Virus record (IMG/VR): IMGVR_UViG_3300033062_002302
From: a virus
Lineage: Duplodnaviria; Caudoviricetes
DNA length: 64,000 bases
Strand: one strand, 5' to 3'
A program made the position numbers and the translations under genes. The first letter of the stretch is position 1. Each line of letters starts with the position of its first letter. Shown piece after piece: positions 59,992 to 64,000 of this stretch. The notes beneath the pieces were generated by a model. That model had not been told where the DNA came from and ran no database searches. It saw only the letters and a program-made list of their open reading frames with translations.

Positions 59992-60715
59992 AGCTTTAAA
60001 TACCATTCCGGAAAAGAAACTTCATAATCAACTCTTAGAAGTCGTACAATCTTGTGGTACCTGTAAAGATAAGTTTATCGTAAATGATAATAGTTTCGAT
60101 AACTTATGTCCTAAATGCGTCGTGACTCATGTCGCTTTCAATCGATATAAGGAGGCAAATATTCCGGTTGATTATTGGAATTTAAAGATGGAGAAAGATT
60201 TCGAAGGAAATAAAATTCTTTTAACAAAATATAATGAATTAACATCTGATTTAAAGAAACATTATTTAAAAGGAACTTCTATATGTTTTGCCGGGTCCCA
60301 TGGTCTTGGAAAAACTTTTTCTAATTGCTGTATATTAAAAAAAGCATGTCAGAAAGGATATACATGTCTTTACACAACTCTCTCTGACGTTGTCAATGTT
60401 CTAGTTCAATCTGACAATGAAAATAAATACCTGGCACGGCGGGAGCTAACCATGGTCGATTTCTTGGTCATCGATGAATTTGATCCGAAATTCACTTCTA
60501 CAACTAGTTCAGTTGATCTTTACGCCAGGACATTGGAGTCCATTTTTAGGACCAGGACTCAGAATAAGCTTCCTACCTTAATGGCGACTAATAGTCCAAA
60601 TATAGCTGAATCATTTTCTGGACCCATGAAGTCTTCTATTCAATCTCTCATAGAAGGTAATTTAGAAGAGGTTGTTGTTTTTGGAGAAGATTTTAGAAAG
60701 AAAAATAAAGAATGA
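59966..60715 (+). CDS. DnaC/DnaI-like AAA+ helicase loader
   Basis: CGTC...CPKC, GSHGLGKT Walker A, FLVIDE Walker B, R...KLPTLMATN; directly upstream of DnaB. Confidence 0.85.
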   Translation: MNTDFSRSRALNTIPEKKLHNQLLEVVQSCGTCKDKFIVNDNSFDNLCPKCVVTHVAFNRYKEANIPVDYWNLKMEKDFEGNKILLTKYNELTSDLKKHYLKGTSICFAGSHGLGKTFSNCCILKKACQKGYTCLYTTLSDVVNVLVQSDNENKYLARRELTMVDFLVIDEFDPKFTSTTSSVDLYARTLESIFRTRTQNKLPTLMATNSPNIAESFSGPMKSSIQSLIEGNLEEVVVFGEDFRKKNKE

Positions 60716-62145
60716 GTTACTCTAATCTTGACCTTAATATTCTTAAGGTTCTCTTGACCCATAAGAGAAATGCAATTGAATTTTCCACAGAATGCAATAC
60801 CAACATCTTTGAACCCGATCTCTGGAACTTCGCCAATCTTGTTGTCAATTATACCAAGGTCTACAAAGAGATTCCAACTCAAAGAGTCATTGTCGAAAAG
60901 CTTGCTCAAGGCAAAAATGATAAAGTCATAGAGTATGTTAATAACATCTTTAAAATATTAGAAGATCATTCTTATAATGATAAAGAATACAAATTTGATT
61001 TAGATAAGATTAAGAAAAGATATCAGCAAAAACAAATATCATTACTCAACGATTCTCTATCTAAAATAGATTTTGAAAAGGCGGATATTAATCAGACTAT
61101 TTCTAACATTCAGAAGACGGTTAGCAATGTCAAGTCTATCAATCAAACTAAGGCTTATGATCGAAAAACTCTTAAAGACGCACTCCCAGAATTCAAAGAA
61201 GAATTCAACGCTAAATTAAAAGATCCAAAGTTTGATCGTGGAATTTTAACAGGTTATTCAGCTCTTGATTCTGTAACAGATGGTTTAAGAGAAGGCGAGC
61301 TTCTTCTTATTGGTGGAGAATCTGGTGCTGGTAAGTCCATGTTTTTAATGAACATGGCAATTCAAATGTGGATGCAGCAAAACACTTTAGATATGGTAAG
61401 TAACTTTACAGAAGGATGCAATGTTCTTTATTTCTCATTAGAGATGCCATTTAAACCTTGTCGGAATCGTGTCTTGTCACGACTCTCAGGAGTTAATTCT
61501 AAGCTCATTCGTAATCCTGTCGGCAAAGAAGGACAATTAAGACTTTCTGTTGATGATCGTAATAAGCTTAAGAAGACGATGCAGTTTATTCACAATTTCC
61601 CATATGAATTTGAAATCATTGATATTCCACGAGGCTGCTCGGCTGAAAGAATTGAAATCCTTTTCGAGGAAGCAAAGCTAAAGTTTAATCCTCAAATTAT
61701 TGTTGTCGATTATCTTGGAATCATGGATGATGAAGATAGTAAAGAGGATGATTGGCTTAAACTAGGCACAATTGCCGGAAAGCTTCATGAATTGGTTCGG
61801 GCTCATAATTTGATTGGTTTATCCGCCGTTCAATTGAATCGGGTTAAGCCTTCAAAGGATGCTGAAGAAAGAGTTGGCATGCATCGAATTGGTCGGTCTG
61901 CTTTGATTATGCATCATGCCAATATTGGTATCCAAATTGGAACAAGACCCAATGAAAAATCATATCCTGATATGGAATATTTCATTATTAAATGTCGTGA
62001 TGGTGGGCAGACTAAAGGAAAGCTTATTAAGAATTTAAGTTGTGCTTCTCTTTTAGATGATCCAGGACCAGGAGATGAAGATACGGGCTTTGAATTCACA
62101 GATTATGATGATATCTCTGCTAAGATAGAAGATATGGATATTTAG
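60712..62145 (+). CDS. dnaB: Replicative DNA helicase, DnaB family
   Basis: GILTGYSALD, GGESGAGKS, YFSLEM, IVVDYL, AVQLNR, IKCRDG. Confidence 0.9.
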   Translation: MSYSNLDLNILKVLLTHKRNAIEFSTECNTNIFEPDLWNFANLVVNYTKVYKEIPTQRVIVEKLAQGKNDKVIEYVNNIFKILEDHSYNDKEYKFDLDKIKKRYQQKQISLLNDSLSKIDFEKADINQTISNIQKTVSNVKSINQTKAYDRKTLKDALPEFKEEFNAKLKDPKFDRGILTGYSALDSVTDGLREGELLLIGGESGAGKSMFLMNMAIQMWMQQNTLDMVSNFTEGCNVLYFSLEMPFKPCRNRVLSRLSGVNSKLIRNPVGKEGQLRLSVDDRNKLKKTMQFIHNFPYEFEIIDIPRGCSAERIEILFEEAKLKFNPQIIVVDYLGIMDDEDSKEDDWLKLGTIAGKLHELVRAHNLIGLSAVQLNRVKPSKDAEERVGMHRIGRSALIMHHANIGIQIGTRPNEKSYPDMEYFIIKCRDGGQTKGKLIKNLSCASLLDDPGPGDEDTGFEFTDYDDISAKIEDMDI

Positions 62146-62155
62146 GGATTTATAT

Positions 62156-62365
62156 ATGAAATCTGATGAAAAAGTCATTGCCGAAGCAAGCCGAATGGAA
62201 TACGAATCAAATTCCGGGAAGCTTTATATCGTCTTCGAAATCACCGATCCAAAGTATAAGGAAGAGCTAAAGAAAAATTGGACCTCATCTGATTTAGAAT
62301 TTAGAATAATTGATAAAAAATTAATTGTTGAAGCGTCTCCAGAAGAAGATAAAAAGGAAGAATAA
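62156..62365 (+). CDS. Small hypothetical protein
   Basis: 69 aa, AGGGA RBS, TAATG-coupled to next gene. Confidence 0.55.
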   Translation: MKSDEKVIAEASRMEYESNSGKLYIVFEITDPKYKEELKKNWTSSDLEFRIIDKKLIVEASPEEDKKEE

Positions 62366-62688
62366 TGCCTCATTACGAATATGAATGTCCGGTCTGTGGA
62401 GAGTTTGAAGAATTTCACTCTATTATGATTAAATTAGACCATTGTCCTATGTGTAAAGAAAAAGGAAATGAAGTCGAAGTTAAACGTTTAATTTCTGGTG
62501 GTTCAGGTAAAGGAATTATGTCATTAACAGATGATGAATTTAAAGCCTCTCTTCCTGGAGAAGTAAATAAACTCAAGAGTGAAATGTCTAAATCTGAAAA
62601 GGTATACTCTGATCTTTTAGGTCATGACAAATATCAAAAAATTCAAACTCAAATAGACAATGCAAAGAGGGAGAGAGGGAGACGTTAA
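62365..62688 (+). CDS. FmdB-family zinc ribbon protein
   Basis: MPHYEYECPVCGEFEE...CPMC...KRLIS. Confidence 0.8.
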   Translation: MPHYEYECPVCGEFEEFHSIMIKLDHCPMCKEKGNEVEVKRLISGGSGKGIMSLTDDEFKASLPGEVNKLKSEMSKSEKVYSDLLGHDKYQKIQTQIDNAKRERGRR

Positions 62689-62879
62689 TGCCAACTTATT
62701 TATATTCATGTGAGCAATGCAAACAAGAGTTTGAAGAATATCATTCTATGAGTCATGTCCTCGAAGAATGTCCAAAATGCAAAGCAAATGGAAAAGAATC
62801 TCCTCCTCCTAAGAGATTGATTTCTGGAACTTCTTTTATTTTGGTTGGTGGAGGTTGGGCAAGCGAAGGCTACAAATAA
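62688..62879 (+). CDS. FmdB-family zinc ribbon protein
   Basis: MPTYLYSCEQCKQEFE...CPKC...KRLISGTSFILVGGGWASEGY. Confidence 0.85.
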   Translation: MPTYLYSCEQCKQEFEEYHSMSHVLEECPKCKANGKESPPPKRLISGTSFILVGGGWASEGYK

Positions 62880-62885
62880 TTTACA

Positions 62886-63017
62886 ATGAATGACGAAGAA
62901 TCTAAGATTAAAATAAATAACATTATCCAAATATTGGAATTTATTTTATTATTAGAAGATGAAGAGATTACAAAATCTTCAATCGAATCCGTTATTGAAA
63001 TGTTAAAAGAAATTTAA
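62886..63017 (+). CDS. Possible 43-aa hypothetical protein (below ORF track cutoff)
   Basis: MNDEESKIKINNIIQILEFILLLEDEEITKSSIESVIEMLKEI fills the gap before the terminator. Confidence 0.4.
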   Translation: MNDEESKIKINNIIQILEFILLLEDEEITKSSIESVIEMLKEI

Positions 63018-63031
63018 AGATATTTTGTGAT

Positions 63032-63071
63032 TGAAAATCAAGGCTTTAACCAGGCTTTGATTTTCATTTTT
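63032..63071 (+). terminator. Rho-independent terminator
   Basis: TGAAAATCAAGGC / GCTTTGATTTTCA 13 bp stem (one G-U) followed by TTTTT. Confidence 0.7.
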
Positions 63072-63136
63072 ATTTATTTTGTCAATATTTGAGTATATCA
63101 TCTCAAGCATCGAATTGAAAAATAATATCGAAGGTA

Positions 63137-63165
63137 TTGACGAACGCTCCGAGAAGAATTATATT
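63137..63165 (+). promoter_or_regulatory. Sigma70-type promoter upstream of the phage sigma factor
   Basis: TTGACG - 17 nt - TATATT. Confidence 0.6.
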
Positions 63166-63214
63166 CGTCATATGAGGCGGAAATCTATCCTTCCTCCAAG
63201 AAGAAAGACCTATA

Positions 63215-63844
63215 ATGATCCAAGAAAAAGAAGCTCAAGATTTAATGGAAAAATTCATCAGCCTTCGTACTACCGCTGAAGAAACTAAAAACGAATCCGA
63301 TATTGTTGCTCTCAAAAAGCACGAAGCAATTTGTATGAAAAAGTTTAGCTATCTCGTTACGATGAAAACGAATCGATATAAATCTTTTGCTAATTATGAT
63401 GATTTAAATCAAGAAGGTTTTGAAGCTTTAATTATGTCAATGAAGAATTATAATCCTAAGAAGGGTATTTTCTTTTGGTGGGCTCATAAATATATTGATA
63501 CCAGAATTTCTCGTTCTGCTAATCTTCATACGACCATTCGTTATCCATTACGTGTTGCGCGCGAAGTGACGCCGCATAAAGAGTCCGTTATGCCATTGCA
63601 GATTGAAACAGTTCGATGTCCTGATTTAGAATTTGAAAATAAAGAGATTGGAATAATGGTAGAGAAAGGATTGTCTTCGTTATCCCAGGACCAAGAGAAG
63701 GTCATGACGATGATATATGGTTTGGACCAGGAAAAGCCTATCTCGATTAATAAAGTTTGTCAGCGATTGGGGATGACCCGATTGAATTGTGTAAAATTAG
63801 TTGATAGTGCTTTGTCTCATCTCAAAGACCACGTTAAATTATAA
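63215..63844 (+). CDS. Sigma70-family RNA polymerase sigma factor
   Basis: Region 2 DDLNQEGFEALIMSMKNYNPKKG.F..WA; region 4 LSQDQEKVMTMIYGL...SINKVCQRLGMTR. Confidence 0.85.
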   Translation: MIQEKEAQDLMEKFISLRTTAEETKNESDIVALKKHEAICMKKFSYLVTMKTNRYKSFANYDDLNQEGFEALIMSMKNYNPKKGIFFWWAHKYIDTRISRSANLHTTIRYPLRVAREVTPHKESVMPLQIETVRCPDLEFENKEIGIMVEKGLSSLSQDQEKVMTMIYGLDQEKPISINKVCQRLGMTRLNCVKLVDSALSHLKDHVKL

Positions 63845-63853
63845 GGATTATTA

Positions 63854-64000
63854 ATGTCATTACTGACCCCGCGCGCGACGTATGCTCCGTTTGAATATGA
63901 GCAAGCTTATAAATATTGGGAATTGCAACAGCAAAGCCATTGGTTACACAATGAAATTCAGATGGCTTCCGATATTAATGATTGGAAGATGATTCTCTCT
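63854..64000 (+). CDS. nrdB: Class I ribonucleotide reductase beta subunit, 5' part (truncated by window)
   Basis: MSLLTPRATYAPFEYEQAYKYWELQQQSHWLHNEIQMASDINDW matches the R2 N-terminus; AAGGA RBS. Confidence 0.8.
   Translation, partial: MSLLTPRATYAPFEYEQAYKYWELQQQSHWLHNEIQMASDINDWKMILS

Noticed and set aside
2981-62930. Short overlapping ORFs from the six-frame track (e.g. 3052-3303, 11169-11525, 14517-14846, 28263-28619, 60640-60909)
   Set aside because: Antisense or out-of-frame shadows of long genes with no recognisable motifs
63079-63279. 66-aa ORF overlapping the sigma factor start
   Set aside because: Non-ATG start; spans the predicted promoter and overlaps the sigma gene out of frame
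1-64000. Alternative genetic code (stop codon reassignment)
   Set aside because: Very long ORFs tile the window in the standard code with tight stop/start coupling
1-64000. CRISPR array, tRNA or rRNA genes
   Set aside because: Intergenic gaps are short, and I saw no spaced direct repeats or cloverleaf-like sequence; a covariance search was not run

Overview
A 64 kb, AT-rich, almost entirely plus-strand segment of a large contractile-tailed (myovirus-like, probably jumbo) bacteriophage, readable in the standard code. Positions ~1.8-49.9 kb are a tail morphogenesis module: putative neck/stopper, beta-helix and Kelch appendages, tail terminator, sheath, tube, frameshifted tail chaperone, tape measure, hub, spike, gp25-, gpJ- and gpI-like wedge proteins and a dockerin-like fibre. 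Two free-standing HNH endonucleases flank the tube gene. Next come three glycosyltransferases plus an intein-containing dTDP-glucose 4,6-dehydratase, a tubulin/FtsZ-family protein, a replication block (SF2 helicase, DnaC-like loader, DnaB), two FmdB zinc ribbons, a sigma factor and the start of an RNR beta subunit. The most striking unexplained signal is the tripeptide Asp-Gly-Tyr (DGY). I count 37 copies in the predicted outward-facing virion proteins, none in the internal tail parts (tube, chaperone, tape measure, hub, spike) and none in the enzymes after 49.9 kb. With the adjacent sugar enzymes, this suggests a sequon-directed virion surface modification system, possibly Tyr-O-glycosylation. 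All protein calls come from visible motifs and gene order; no database search was run.
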